This document shows, one piece after another, positions 27,210 to 36,734 of a DNA stretch of 64,000 nt. The stretch comes from Nitrososphaerota archaeon. Lineage in GTDB: Archaea > Thermoproteota > Nitrososphaeria_A > Caldarchaeales > Caldarchaeaceae. Under the pieces are notes generated by a model that searched no databases, had not been told where the DNA came from, and was given only the letters and a program-made list of their open reading frames with translations. The translations under genes and the position numbers were made by a program. The stretch's first letter is position 1, and every line of letters starts with the position of its first letter. The DNA is taken from the NCBI GenBank assembly GCA_041641305.1, contig JBEPYN010000002.1, forward strand, positions 608,001 to 672,000, read 5' to 3'.

Positions 27210-28634
27210 TTGATAAAGGTTTTCAACACCTACACACGTAGGCTTGAGGTTTTCGAGCCGCATGTCCCCGGTCACGTGACTATGTATGTATGCGGCCCCA
27301 CTGTTTACGATGTCGCGCATCTGGGTCATGCGCGGACCTATGTGGCGTTTGACGCGGTCATTCGGTTTCTCGAATTCATGGGGTACCGTGTCAAGTATGC
27401 ACGGAACGTGACCGATGTTGGTCATCTGCGTGAAACAGGTGAGGACAGGATGATTGTGGGAGCGGAGCGGCTGAGGAGGCATCCGATGGAAGTTGCTGAC
27501 AAGTACATGATGGAGTTTTTCAGAGACATGGATGCGCTTGGGATAAGAAGGCCCGATATACAGCCGAGAGCGAGCATGCATATCCCCGAAATTATAGAAG
27601 CTGTTGAGAAGCTTGTCGACAAAGGCTACGGCTACGTCATCGACGGAAGCGTCTATTTCGACATAAGCAAATTCCCCGACTACGGCAAACTCTCAAACAT
27701 CAAGCCGGAAGAGCTCGTCATGCATCGCATAGACCCCGACCCACGCAAAAGAAACCCCGCAGACTTTGCCCTATGGAAAGAAGCACCACCCTCCTATCCT
27801 TTCTCGTGGAGAACACCCTGGGGAAGAGGTTTTCCAGGATGGCATATAGAATGCTCGATAATGAGTATGAAGTACTTGGGTGAGCAGATAGATATACACG
27901 GCGGCGGCCAGGAGTTGATTTTTCCACATCACGAGAATGAGATAGCTCAATCAGAGGCCCTGACAGGAAAGAAACCCTTTGTAAAATACTGGATGCACAC
28001 GGGTGAGTTGACTGTCGGAGGACGCGGGATGCATAAGAGCTATGGAAACTTCATCACAATCCAGGACGCGCTCAAAACATATCCACCTGATGCGCTGCGT
28101 CTCTTCATACTCTCCGCCCACTACCGAACACCCTTAGACTATTCCGAGAAAGCAATGGAACAGGCCAAGGAGAACCTCGAAAAACTAACCAACTTTGTCG
28201 AAAACCTCACAATCATAACAGATGAGGCCAAAAATAGGTCACGAGACCATTCCCTTGACGAGCTGGACGAAGTTTTCAGGCGAAGATTCATAGATGCGAT
28301 GTCCGAGGACTTTAACACACCCAGCGCCCTGGCAATCATCTACGACTTCGTCAAACAAGTGAACACGAAGATAGATGACATCGGCTACGAGCAGGCGGCG
28401 CAGCTTCTTCAGCACTTTCTCGATGTATGTAGGGCCCTTGGATTGTTGCAGAAGGTTGAGCGGAGAACCGCGGTAGAGGCCATGGCGCTTGTGAAGATGC
28501 TGGTAGAGGTGCGTAGGGAGCTGCGTAGACGAGGCATGTATGACTTGGCGGACAGGATTAGAAGCATGTTGGCTGAACGCGGCATCGTCGTCGAGGACAT
28601 AAAAGACGGAGAGCGGATAAGAATAGTGAGGTAG
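27210..28634 (+). CDS. cysS: Cysteine--tRNA ligase
   Basis: MYVCGPTVYD..HLGHAR, DFALWK, GFPGWHIECS, FPHHENE; KMSKS appears as GMHKS. Confidence 0.96.
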   Translation: MIKVFNTYTRRLEVFEPHVPGHVTMYVCGPTVYDVAHLGHARTYVAFDAVIRFLEFMGYRVKYARNVTDVGHLRETGEDRMIVGAERLRRHPMEVADKYMMEFFRDMDALGIRRPDIQPRASMHIPEIIEAVEKLVDKGYGYVIDGSVYFDISKFPDYGKLSNIKPEELVMHRIDPDPRKRNPADFALWKEAPPSYPFSWRTPWGRGFPGWHIECSIMSMKYLGEQIDIHGGGQELIFPHHENEIAQSEALTGKKPFVKYWMHTGELTVGGRGMHKSYGNFITIQDALKTYPPDALRLFILSAHYRTPLDYSEKAMEQAKENLEKLTNFVENLTIITDEAKNRSRDHSLDELDEVFRRRFIDAMSEDFNTPSALAIIYDFVKQVNTKIDDIGYEQAAQLLQHFLDVCRALGLLQKVERRTAVEAMALVKMLVEVRRELRRRGMYDLADRIRSMLAERGIVVEDIKDGERIRIVR

Positions 28635-28641
28635 ATGTTCT

Positions 28642-29352
28642 GTGAAGGCTGTTCTCCTCTCAGGTGGCTATGGAAAGCGTCTCAAGCCTCTGACAGAGTC
28701 TCTTCCAAAGCCTTTGCTCGAAGTCGCCGGCAAACCTATTATTGTTTGGCAGATTGAGTGGCTGAAAAAACACGGTATAGACGAGTTTATTGTCTGCGTG
28801 GGCTATTTGCGTGAGAAAATTATTGAGACGCTGGGCAGCGGGCATAGGCTTGGTGTGAAAATCGGTTACTCGGTGGAGGATGAACCGCTCGGCACGGGCG
28901 GAGCCTTGAAGAACGCAGAGCATCTGCTAAAGTCTGACAGGGTTTTCATCGTCGTCAACGGCGACGTCCTTACAACACTGAACCCACTTAAGCTCGTTGA
29001 GAACCTCAACTCATCGATTGCCTGCATGGCTTTGACACGTCTACCATCACCATATGGTATAGTCGAGTTCGACAATGAAACACGTCTGGTCAAAAGGTTT
29101 GAGGAGAAGCCGCGGCTGCCCAACTACATCAACGCAGGCGTCTACGCCTTCACCGCGGATGTCTTAAGCTATCTTCCTGAGAACGGAGACTTGGAGAAAC
29201 AAACGTTTCCCAAGCTTGTTGAGAAAAAATCTCTCATGGCCGTCCTGTATGAAGAGGATGACTGGATAAGCATAGACAGTCACAAAGACCTCGAGGAAGC
29301 AAAGCGTGTTGTCGAGAAGTTCAGCTTGTTAAAGGAAGCTTCACAGCCATGA
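28642..29352 (+). CDS. Sugar-phosphate nucleotidyltransferase
   Basis: LSGGYGKRLKPLT..LPKPL, EPLGTGGA, NGD, FEEKP, INAGVY. Confidence 0.92.
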   Translation: MKAVLLSGGYGKRLKPLTESLPKPLLEVAGKPIIVWQIEWLKKHGIDEFIVCVGYLREKIIETLGSGHRLGVKIGYSVEDEPLGTGGALKNAEHLLKSDRVFIVVNGDVLTTLNPLKLVENLNSSIACMALTRLPSPYGIVEFDNETRLVKRFEEKPRLPNYINAGVYAFTADVLSYLPENGDLEKQTFPKLVEKKSLMAVLYEEDDWISIDSHKDLEEAKRVVEKFSLLKEASQP

Positions 29353-29833
29353 CGTAGGCGTCTTCCCCGTCGGCGTAGTAGCGGCGTTGCACCTCTTTGA
29401 CGACAAACCCGATTTTTTTGTAGAGACTGATAGCGATATGGTTACTCACACGAACCTCGAGAAAAGCCTCCTCACATCCATACTCGTTTGCGAGCGAGTA
29501 GAGGGCTCTGCGGATAAGCTGCTCCCCTATTCCACGGTTGCGGTAGTTTGGGAGAACAGCCACTGAGACAATGTGACCAGCTCGGCGGATCTTGAGGAAA
29601 TCCATTTTTGAGAAGACGCGTTCAACTCTGCACATGATGTAGCCGACCAGCTTGTCGCCCACCTCAGCTACCCAGAAAGCCTTTGGATAATCTTTGGCGA
29701 GCTCGTCAAAAAAGCTGTAAGTATAGTTTTCGGGAAGGCATATTCTGTTGATGTTCATGACGTCAATCAAGTCGGTTTGCGTTACATTCCTGAACACAAC
29801 GTCAATGTCTCCCAGCTTCGAAGCCTGTTGCAT
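29321..29833 (-). CDS. ard1: Protein N-terminal acetyltransferase (Ard1/RimI family)
   Basis: NRICLPENY, VGYIMCRVE, GHIVSVAV, LEVRVSN, YYADGEDAY. Confidence 0.92.
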   Translation of the reverse strand: MQQASKLGDIDVVFRNVTQTDLIDVMNINRICLPENYTYSFFDELAKDYPKAFWVAEVGDKLVGYIMCRVERVFSKMDFLKIRRAGHIVSVAVLPNYRNRGIGEQLIRRALYSLANEYGCEEAFLEVRVSNHIAISLYKKIGFVVKEVQRRYYADGEDAYVMAVKLPLTS

Positions 29834-29871
29834 TCATTTCCGCGTATTACCGCTTTCATATAAGAGTTTAG

Positions 29872-30582
29872 CTACACCAGAACAACAAGCTCCCGCGGAG
29901 ACGTGGGTCTGTATGCGAGCATCTGGCCAAGCCCGCGTGAGACATACAGCCTTCTGCTCCCCCATGTGTACCATCCCCTTGTGTATCGTGAGTTGCTTAG
30001 AATGACGACGCCGTTGAAAACTATTCCGCCGTGAGTATGTCCTGCGAGGATTAAGCAGTCTCCCGAGACGCTGTCGGCCACATGTGGGTCATGTGCAAAA
30101 ACCAAGCCCTTGGCCTGAAGCGGCTCATACAATCTGTCATCACTCCAATCAAATCCATATATCTTGCCGAGGTAACGGCTCAAAACACCGCCACTCACCT
30201 CCCTAAACCCCAAATGCTGCAGGTTTTCACGCAGCCAAACATGGTATCCACTCCAGTAATCATGATTACCCATTACAAAGAACTTCTCAGAACCTGGCAA
30301 CTCTGAAAGAAATTTCTTGACGTAGCCGAGGTCGGTTGTGAGCTCATCCACCACGTCACCCCCCAGAACAACAGCATCCGGCTCCTCTTGGTTCAGCGCA
30401 GAGAGTAGTTGATTGGTTTGGGTGTTTTCGCTGTGTAGATGCAGGTCGGGTAGGAAAACGGCTTTGGCTCCGAGCCCGATGTCGATGATGGTTTTGTCGA
30501 GGCGAGGTGAATCGTCTGTGATGAAGAAAGCGGCGGAGCCTGTGAGCAGAATTGATGCGATGGCTTCTCTTCTCCTCAACAC
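29872..30582 (-). CDS. Metallophosphoesterase (calcineurin-like)
   Basis: DLH, GGDVVD, GNHD, AHDP, GHTHGG, SRGLG. Start trimmed to GTG/TTG before RRREAIASILL. Confidence 0.88.
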   Translation of the reverse strand: MLRRREAIASILLTGSAAFFITDDSPRLDKTIIDIGLGAKAVFLPDLHLHSENTQTNQLLSALNQEEPDAVVLGGDVVDELTTDLGYVKKFLSELPGSEKFFVMGNHDYWSGYHVWLRENLQHLGFREVSGGVLSRYLGKIYGFDWSDDRLYEPLQAKGLVFAHDPHVADSVSGDCLILAGHTHGGIVFNGVVILSNSRYTRGWYTWGSRRLYVSRGLGQMLAYRPTSPRELVVLV

Positions 30583-30627
30583 TCTTTCCAAGTTTTTATC
30601 ATAGAGGATTTTAGGATTTGGTGTAGC

Positions 30628-31628
30628 ATGTTTTCCAGCATATCTGACACGGTTACGGAGTCGCGGTTTTTCGTTATGCCGCATGACAGCAACGCGATTG
30701 GCAGGCTGCATGGCGGCGTGCTGATGGAGTGGATGGTTTCGGCGGCGGCCCTCTGCGGAGTCAGGTTCAGCAAAGGCGAGGTGGTGTTGGCTGCTTTGGA
30801 CGACCTCTTCTTCATGAACCCCGTATCCGTCGGCGACATGGTCGTGGTCAAAGCCTGGATAGAATACGCGGGCCATTCATCGATGGAGGTCGGCGTGGCA
30901 GCCTATGCGTATCCGGGAATAGTCGGAGAACCGCGGCTCACCACCACCTCGCATATGGTTTTTGTAGCGGTTGATAGAGCAGGCTCGCCGAGACCGCTGC
31001 CCACAAAAATCAAACCCACACGAGACGAGGAGCAGCTGTATTCCTTGGCAGAGAAACGGGCTGAGAAAAGGAGAGGCATGCTCGCAGATAGAAAAACCGT
31101 GAGCCTTGACATCTCCGAGTATGGGCCCGACGCCCGCTTCAGGATGAAATCCTCACACCTCGTGTCGCCGTCTGACGCAACCATGGGCGGAATAATGTCG
31201 GGTGGGAAGCTGCTGCATCTTCTCGACGAGATGGCTGGTGCTTTGGCTATCTCCTATGCGAAGACCGTGGCGGTAACAGGGTCCGTCGACTCCACAAGTT
31301 TCCACCACCCTATACGGCAGGGCAGCATCATAGATGTCGAGCTTGTTTTAACCGGAGTGGGCAGATCCTCCGCAGAGATTGCTGCAAAGGTTATAACGGA
31401 AAATCCATCCAGCGGCGTCAGAAGACACGCGGCCACAACATACTTCACCATGGTCGCCGTAGACTCGGGGGAAAACCGGTGCCCATGCCGCCGTTTGAGC
31501 CAGCCAACGAAGGAGAGGAGAAGCGGCTAAAGGCGATGCAGGCTAGACGCGAGGCCAGACAGAGAAGGTTTGAAGAGATACAGGCTTTTGAACCGCTGCA
31601 CGAAGTGATAGGACATGGTAAAAGATGA
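30628..31628 (+). CDS. Double hotdog acyl-CoA thioesterase with a frameshift at about 31467-31471
   Basis: Two hotdog domains (NAIGRLHGG; GGIMSGGKLL). Frame 0 stops at 31530; the -1 frame continues GKPVPMPPFEP...to TGA at 31628. Confidence 0.85.
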
Positions 31629-32604
31629 GGAGCTCGGCCTATGCATCAGAAGCGTAGACCTTACCCCGCAGCAGTTCATCGAAGTAGCTAAACGCGCGGA
31701 GGAGCTGGGTTACAGCTCGCTCTGGATGACTGAGGAAATGGCACGTGCCTCACCGATAATGCTTACGGCAGCCGCTCTCCACACCCGGCGGATAAAACTT
31801 GGAACAGCCATACTCAACATCTTCGCAAGAACACCCATGTCCACCGCCATGGAGGCAGCAACCCTCCAAGAACTCTCACAGGACCGTTTCATCCTAGGCC
31901 TCGGCGTAGGAGGCCCAGACATAACTCGCAGAGGACATGGAGCAGACATCTCCAACCCCGTGCAGAAAATGTCAGAATACATAGAGATAGTGAGAAAATT
32001 TCTCACAGGTGAGCGGCTTCAATACAGCGGCAGACACTACCGTGTCGACGGCGTCCGGCTCTGGCTAAAGAATCCTCGGCCCACCCAAATCTACGTAGCC
32101 GCACTAAACCCAGGGATGCTTACACTCGCCGGGGAAAAAGCAGACGGCTTAATTCTCAACCTCTTCGACCCACGCGCAGCCGACTACGTCAACAAATCAA
32201 TAAACAAAGGCCTCAAAAACTCACACGACCCAAACAGGCCTTTCAAAAAAACATCATTTGTTTTGGCAGCTGCTTCAAGGAAACAGGATTCTCTCGCAGC
32301 TCTAAAGCGGTCTGTCGCATTCTACCTTAGCTCACCAGCTTATCGGAGAATAATGCGTGAAGCCGGACACAGAGATGCTGTTGAAAGATTTGCAGCAGCT
32401 TTGGAGACACGGGGCCGCGACGCCGCATTTGAGTCCCTAGACGAAGATGTAGTCGAAAGTGTGTCAATTTTCTGTGACGGAGACATCGGTGAGCAGCTGA
32501 AAAGATATCGTCAAGCAGAAGTTACGCCCATCATTTATCCGCAGCCCCGCCCAGGCAACGAGTATCAAGACATAATGGCTATCGCTTCAGCGGCCGTCGA
32601 GTAA
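31615..32604 (+). CDS. LLM-class oxidoreductase, probably F420-dependent
   Basis: AEELGYSSLWMTE, LGTAILNIFARTP, RFILGLG, IYVAALNPGM, ADG. Confidence 0.88.
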   Translation: MVKDEELGLCIRSVDLTPQQFIEVAKRAEELGYSSLWMTEEMARASPIMLTAAALHTRRIKLGTAILNIFARTPMSTAMEAATLQELSQDRFILGLGVGGPDITRRGHGADISNPVQKMSEYIEIVRKFLTGERLQYSGRHYRVDGVRLWLKNPRPTQIYVAALNPGMLTLAGEKADGLILNLFDPRAADYVNKSINKGLKNSHDPNRPFKKTSFVLAAASRKQDSLAALKRSVAFYLSSPAYRRIMREAGHRDAVERFAAALETRGRDAAFESLDEDVVESVSIFCDGDIGEQLKRYRQAEVTPIIYPQPRPGNEYQDIMAIASAAVE

Positions 32605-32639
32605 ATCATTTAAATGATAGAACACGTTAGTACTATAGT

Positions 32640-35303
32640 ATGTCTTCAAAGGGTTTGGTCGGGCTCTTTGAGGAGTTCAAAGGCTTGGGCAAGTTTGAGC
32701 TTGGTGGAAAGGGTTACGGACTTGTGCAGATGAGCGCAATTGGTTTACCTGTTCCTCCGGGGATCATTATCCTCACAACAGCCTGTAAAATGTATTACCG
32801 AAAGGGGGGAAAGATTCCGGAGGGGCTGTTTGAAGAACTTATGGAGAAGCTGCGAAAGCTCGAGGAAAAAGTGGGGAAAAAGCTGGGTGACCCGCGTAAT
32901 CCGCTCCTATTATCTGTGAGGTCGGGCGCGCCCTATTCTATGCCGGGAATGATGGACACAATTCTCAACCTAGGCCTCAACGATGAAGTCGCCGAGGGGC
33001 TTGCAAAGCTTACAGGCGACCCGCGATTCGCCTACGACGCCTACCGAAGGTTCATCCAAATGTTTGCACGCATAGCCATGGGTGTCAAAACCGACAAATT
33101 CGAGAAAATTCTTGAGGAGACCAAGCATAGGCTCGGCGTCAAGTTCGACATCGAGATACCTGCGTCGGAGCTTAGGAAAATTGTTGAAGAGTTTAAACGC
33201 GTTGTCAGAGAGGAGGCTGGGGTGGATATTCCACAGGACCCCGTGACACAGCTTAAAATGGCTGTGGAAGCGGTTTTCAGGTCTTGGAACAATCCACGAG
33301 CAATCGAGTACAGAAAGTTCTACAAGATACCTGACGACCTCGGGACAGCGGTCAACATCCAGATGATGGTTTTCGGAAACCTCGGCGAAAACTCTGGCAC
33401 TGGTGTCGGCTTCACCCGCGACCCCTCAACAGGTGAGAAAAAGCTCTTCGGAGAATATTTGCCGAAGGCGCAGGGAGAGGATGTGGTCGCCGGAATAAGA
33501 ACACCTTTCCCACTCTCCCAGGTTGAGCCCCAACTGTATAAACAGCTACTGGAAATGGCTGAGAAGCTTGAGAAACATTTCAGAGATATGCAGGATTTCG
33601 AATTCACGGTGGAGAACGGTAAGCTCTACCTGCTTCAGACAAGAAACGGTAAGAGGACAGCGCAGGCGGCGGTAAAGATCGCTGTGGACATGTTTGAGGA
33701 GAGGTTGATAACGGCTGAGGAGGCTCTTTTGAGGGTGGAGCCGAAGGAGCTTAACCAACTGCTTCACAGACGCATCGACGCATCGTTCAAAGGCAAACCC
33801 ATAGCAAAAGGCCTAAACGCATCGCCCGGTGCAGCGACGGGCAAGGTTGTCTTCGACACCGATGAGGCGGCGGAAAGAGGGAACAAGGGAGAAAAAATCA
33901 TCCTTGTGCGGCCCGAGACAACGCCCGAGGACATCAAGGGGATTATTGCGGCGCAGGGTGTATTGACGTCGCGGGGAGGGATGACGAGCCACGCGGCAGT
34001 TGTGGCACGTGGAATGGGTAAGCCAGCTGTCGTGGGATGCGAAAGCATCAAGATAAACATGGACGAGCAATTTTTCGTAACAGCTGACGGTCTGAAGGTG
34101 CGGCACGACGATGTAATAACCATCGACGGCTCGACGGGAAACGTCTACCTCGGAGAAGCCCCCACCACAGAGCCCGAAATGACCGGGGAGCTCAACAAGC
34201 TTCTCAGCCTCGCAGACCGTTTCAGGAGACTTGGTGTTAGAGCGAACGCGGACACGCCGGAGGCGGCCGCCAAGGCTAGGTCCTTCGGCGCTGAGGGGAT
34301 AGGGCTCTGCAGAACCGAGCGGATGTTCAACGCCCCGGACAGGTTGCCGATTGTCCGCGAGATGATAATGGCGGAAACATCTGAGGAACGGCGCAGAGCC
34401 CTTGAGAAGCTGCTGCCGTTCCAGGTCAGCGACTTCATAGGGATATTCACCGCGATGAAAGGCCTTCCCGTGACCGTGCGGCTGCTTGACCTGCCTCTAC
34501 ACGAGTTTCTACCACCGGCTGAAGAGATACTGAAGGAGATGTTTGAGCTTGTCCAAAAGCCGGGGAATGAGAAGGAAATCGCTGCTAGGCAGGAGCTTCT
34601 ACGAAAAGTTTTGGCCCTTAAAGAGCATAACCCGATGCTGGGACACCGTGGATGCCGGCTAGCCATCAGGTATCCCGAGATATATGAGATGCAGGTACGC
34701 GCTATACTGACGGCCGCTATAGAGGTGCGGAGACGCTATGGCGAGACGGCGAAAATCCAAATCATGCTCCCGCTGGTAAGCGAGAGGAACGAGCTCGCAT
34801 ACCTACGGAAAATAATCGAGGAAACGGCTGAGAAACTGTTCAAAGAGTTGGGTGAGAGAATAGACTACAAGGTGGGAACGATGATTGAGACACCGAGGGC
34901 GGCTTTGACAGCTACGGAGATTGCCGAGGTCGCGGACTTCTTCTCATTCGGTACAAACGACCTCACTCAGACAACCTACGGCTTCAGCAGAGACGATGCA
35001 GAGGCCAAGTTCATGGCCGACTATCTCGAGAAAAACATCGTCCAACACAACCCGTTCGAATCCATCGACACCCGCGGGGTGGGCAGGCTTGTTGAGATGG
35101 CTACAGCCGAGGGGAAGAGGGCTAAGCCCACTCTCGAAGTAGGGATCTGTGGAGAACATGGCGGCGACCCCGACAGCGTCAAATTCTTCCACAAAGCAGG
35201 CCTCGACTACGTCAGCGCCTCCCCATACAGGGTGCCCATAGCCCGGCTTGCAGCCGCACAGGCCGCCATCGGCGAAGAAGCAAAAGTCTCGGCGACCGTT
35301 TAA
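32640..35303 (+). CDS. ppdK: Pyruvate, phosphate dikinase
   Basis: LGGKG, SVRSGA..SMPGMMDT, GGMTSHAAVVARG phospho-His, GIGLCRTE, SFGTNDLTQ, ICGEHGGDP. Confidence 0.98.
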   Translation: MSSKGLVGLFEEFKGLGKFELGGKGYGLVQMSAIGLPVPPGIIILTTACKMYYRKGGKIPEGLFEELMEKLRKLEEKVGKKLGDPRNPLLLSVRSGAPYSMPGMMDTILNLGLNDEVAEGLAKLTGDPRFAYDAYRRFIQMFARIAMGVKTDKFEKILEETKHRLGVKFDIEIPASELRKIVEEFKRVVREEAGVDIPQDPVTQLKMAVEAVFRSWNNPRAIEYRKFYKIPDDLGTAVNIQMMVFGNLGENSGTGVGFTRDPSTGEKKLFGEYLPKAQGEDVVAGIRTPFPLSQVEPQLYKQLLEMAEKLEKHFRDMQDFEFTVENGKLYLLQTRNGKRTAQAAVKIAVDMFEERLITAEEALLRVEPKELNQLLHRRIDASFKGKPIAKGLNASPGAATGKVVFDTDEAAERGNKGEKIILVRPETTPEDIKGIIAAQGVLTSRGGMTSHAAVVARGMGKPAVVGCESIKINMDEQFFVTADGLKVRHDDVITIDGSTGNVYLGEAPTTEPEMTGELNKLLSLADRFRRLGVRANADTPEAAAKARSFGAEGIGLCRTERMFNAPDRLPIVREMIMAETSEERRRALEKLLPFQVSDFIGIFTAMKGLPVTVRLLDLPLHEFLPPAEEILKEMFELVQKPGNEKEIAARQELLRKVLALKEHNPMLGHRGCRLAIRYPEIYEMQVRAILTAAIEVRRRYGETAKIQIMLPLVSERNELAYLRKIIEETAEKLFKELGERIDYKVGTMIETPRAALTATEIAEVADFFSFGTNDLTQTTYGFSRDDAEAKFMADYLEKNIVQHNPFESIDTRGVGRLVEMATAEGKRAKPTLEVGICGEHGGDPDSVKFFHKAGLDYVSASPYRVPIARLAAAQAAIGEEAKVSATV

Positions 35304-35731
35304 ACGGTTTCAAACTCTTTTTGACGAGCCTCTCCATGGGCTATCCTGTAACGTGCCAAGTTTCCGCTGCCTGTCCTCTCCAGCCACCCCCTCTCGGCGA
35401 GCCTCGCCAAGTATGTAGATGCTGTGCTGAGGGGTATTGGTTCGCGGAACTCATACTGATACGCCTCCGCTATCTCGCGGGAGGTGAAGAATGAGTAGGG
35501 GAAATGCTTCTCAATAACGCTCATCAACTTGGTCAGCTTGTTGCCACGGATGTTTTCACTCGGCTCAGGCGCGCCACTCACGAGCTCGAGAAAATCCGCA
35601 AGCTGGTAGAGCTTTTCCCGGGTGAGGGAGCCCTCAAACGTAATGGCTATCTTGTCTCCGTCGCCTGTCTCCATCTCAAACTTGACCTTTTTTCTCCGCG
35701 GCACCAACTCAGCAAGACGCCGATACATCAT
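35300..35731 (-). CDS. Hypothetical protein with C-terminal winged helix-turn-helix
   Basis: FTSREIAEAY...LSTASTYLARLAERGWLER.G....RY wHTH pattern. Confidence 0.7.
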   Translation of the reverse strand: MMYRRLAELVPRRKKVKFEMETGDGDKIAITFEGSLTREKLYQLADFLELVSGAPEPSENIRGNKLTKLMSVIEKHFPYSFFTSREIAEAYQYEFREPIPLSTASTYLARLAERGWLERTGSGNLARYRIAHGEARQKEFETV

Positions 35732-35847
35732 GCCGGTTTTTATCCGTTAGATGGCCAAACTCTTCATCCATCATATCCTGTAAACACCCGCAGAATAGCT
35801 GGGTCATACAATACAAGGATATATTCACCTGTTCACCACTTGACGGC

Positions 35848-36618
35848 ATGAGCGAATCCCAGCCAACCTTCAAGCTAACCCTTCCTTCGGCAGACTACTT
35901 CGCATCCATCGTCAAAGCAATCTCAGCGGTGGTGGATGAAGGCTCCTTCACAGCAGACAGCGAGTCTCTGAAGCTCACGGGAATGGACCCAGCGCACGTA
36001 AGCCTCGTCAACTTTGTCTTCAACCGTGAAGCAGCCGAGGAATACGTTTGCGAGAAACCTGTGGAGATCAAGGTTAACATCTCCACGCTTTACAAGTTTC
36101 TCAAGAGGGCTGGAAACGAATCTCTTACTATCGCGTATGATGAGGATAACAAGCGTCTGACCCTTGTTTTCGCCAATACAGCAGCACGTAAGGAAAGGAG
36201 GTTTGTGATGAGCACTCTTGAGCCGGGCGCTGGGCCTACGCCTGTTCCCAAGCTCACCTTCGAGGCCAAGTGTAGAGTTGACACAGCGGCCTTCTACGAG
36301 GCGGTGGACGATGCAACCATAGTCAGCGACTACGCGCGAATCACCATCACGCCAAACGAGCTGGTCATATCGAGCAAGAGCGATGTCCAGACCCATGTCA
36401 CACGTCTCGAGAAAGACGGCAGCCTCGTCCACGAAATCTCAGCGGACAAAGAGGTCTCAGCCAGCTTCAGCCTCGCCTACCTCGAGAAAATAATGTCAGC
36501 CAGCAAAACTCTCTCAGACGAAACAGGAATAGAGCTTTCCACAAACAAGCCAATCAAACTCAGCTTTCCCCTAACAGGCGGCAAAATAGAATTTCTGATA
36601 GCGCCCCGCCTCGAATAA
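35848..36618 (+). CDS. pcn: DNA polymerase sliding clamp PCNA
   Basis: AISAVVDE, GMDPAHVSLV, FSLAYL, FLIAPR. Confidence 0.96.
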   Translation: MSESQPTFKLTLPSADYFASIVKAISAVVDEGSFTADSESLKLTGMDPAHVSLVNFVFNREAAEEYVCEKPVEIKVNISTLYKFLKRAGNESLTIAYDEDNKRLTLVFANTAARKERRFVMSTLEPGAGPTPVPKLTFEAKCRVDTAAFYEAVDDATIVSDYARITITPNELVISSKSDVQTHVTRLEKDGSLVHEISADKEVSASFSLAYLEKIMSASKTLSDETGIELSTNKPIKLSFPLTGGKIEFLIAPRLE

Positions 36619-36651
36619 ACATATTATACAACCCGAAGAAAGTAGTACACA

Positions 36652-36727
36652 GGGGCCGTGGTCCAGCTTGGTCTAAGATGCGCGGCTCGGGCCCGCGAGG
36701 TCGTGGGTTCAAATCCCACCGGCCCCA
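36652..36727 (+). tRNA. tRNA-Pro(CGG)
   Basis: GGGGCCG/CGGCCCC acceptor, CGCGG-CTCGGGC-CCGCG anticodon arm, GGTTCAAATCC. Confidence 0.96.
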
Positions 36728-36734
36728 TCCATAG

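Noticed and set aside
31465-31476. Canonical programmed -1 ribosomal frameshift site
   Set aside because: Zero-frame phasing TCG GGG GAA AAC does not fit X XXY YYZ; kept only as an unexplained frameshift.
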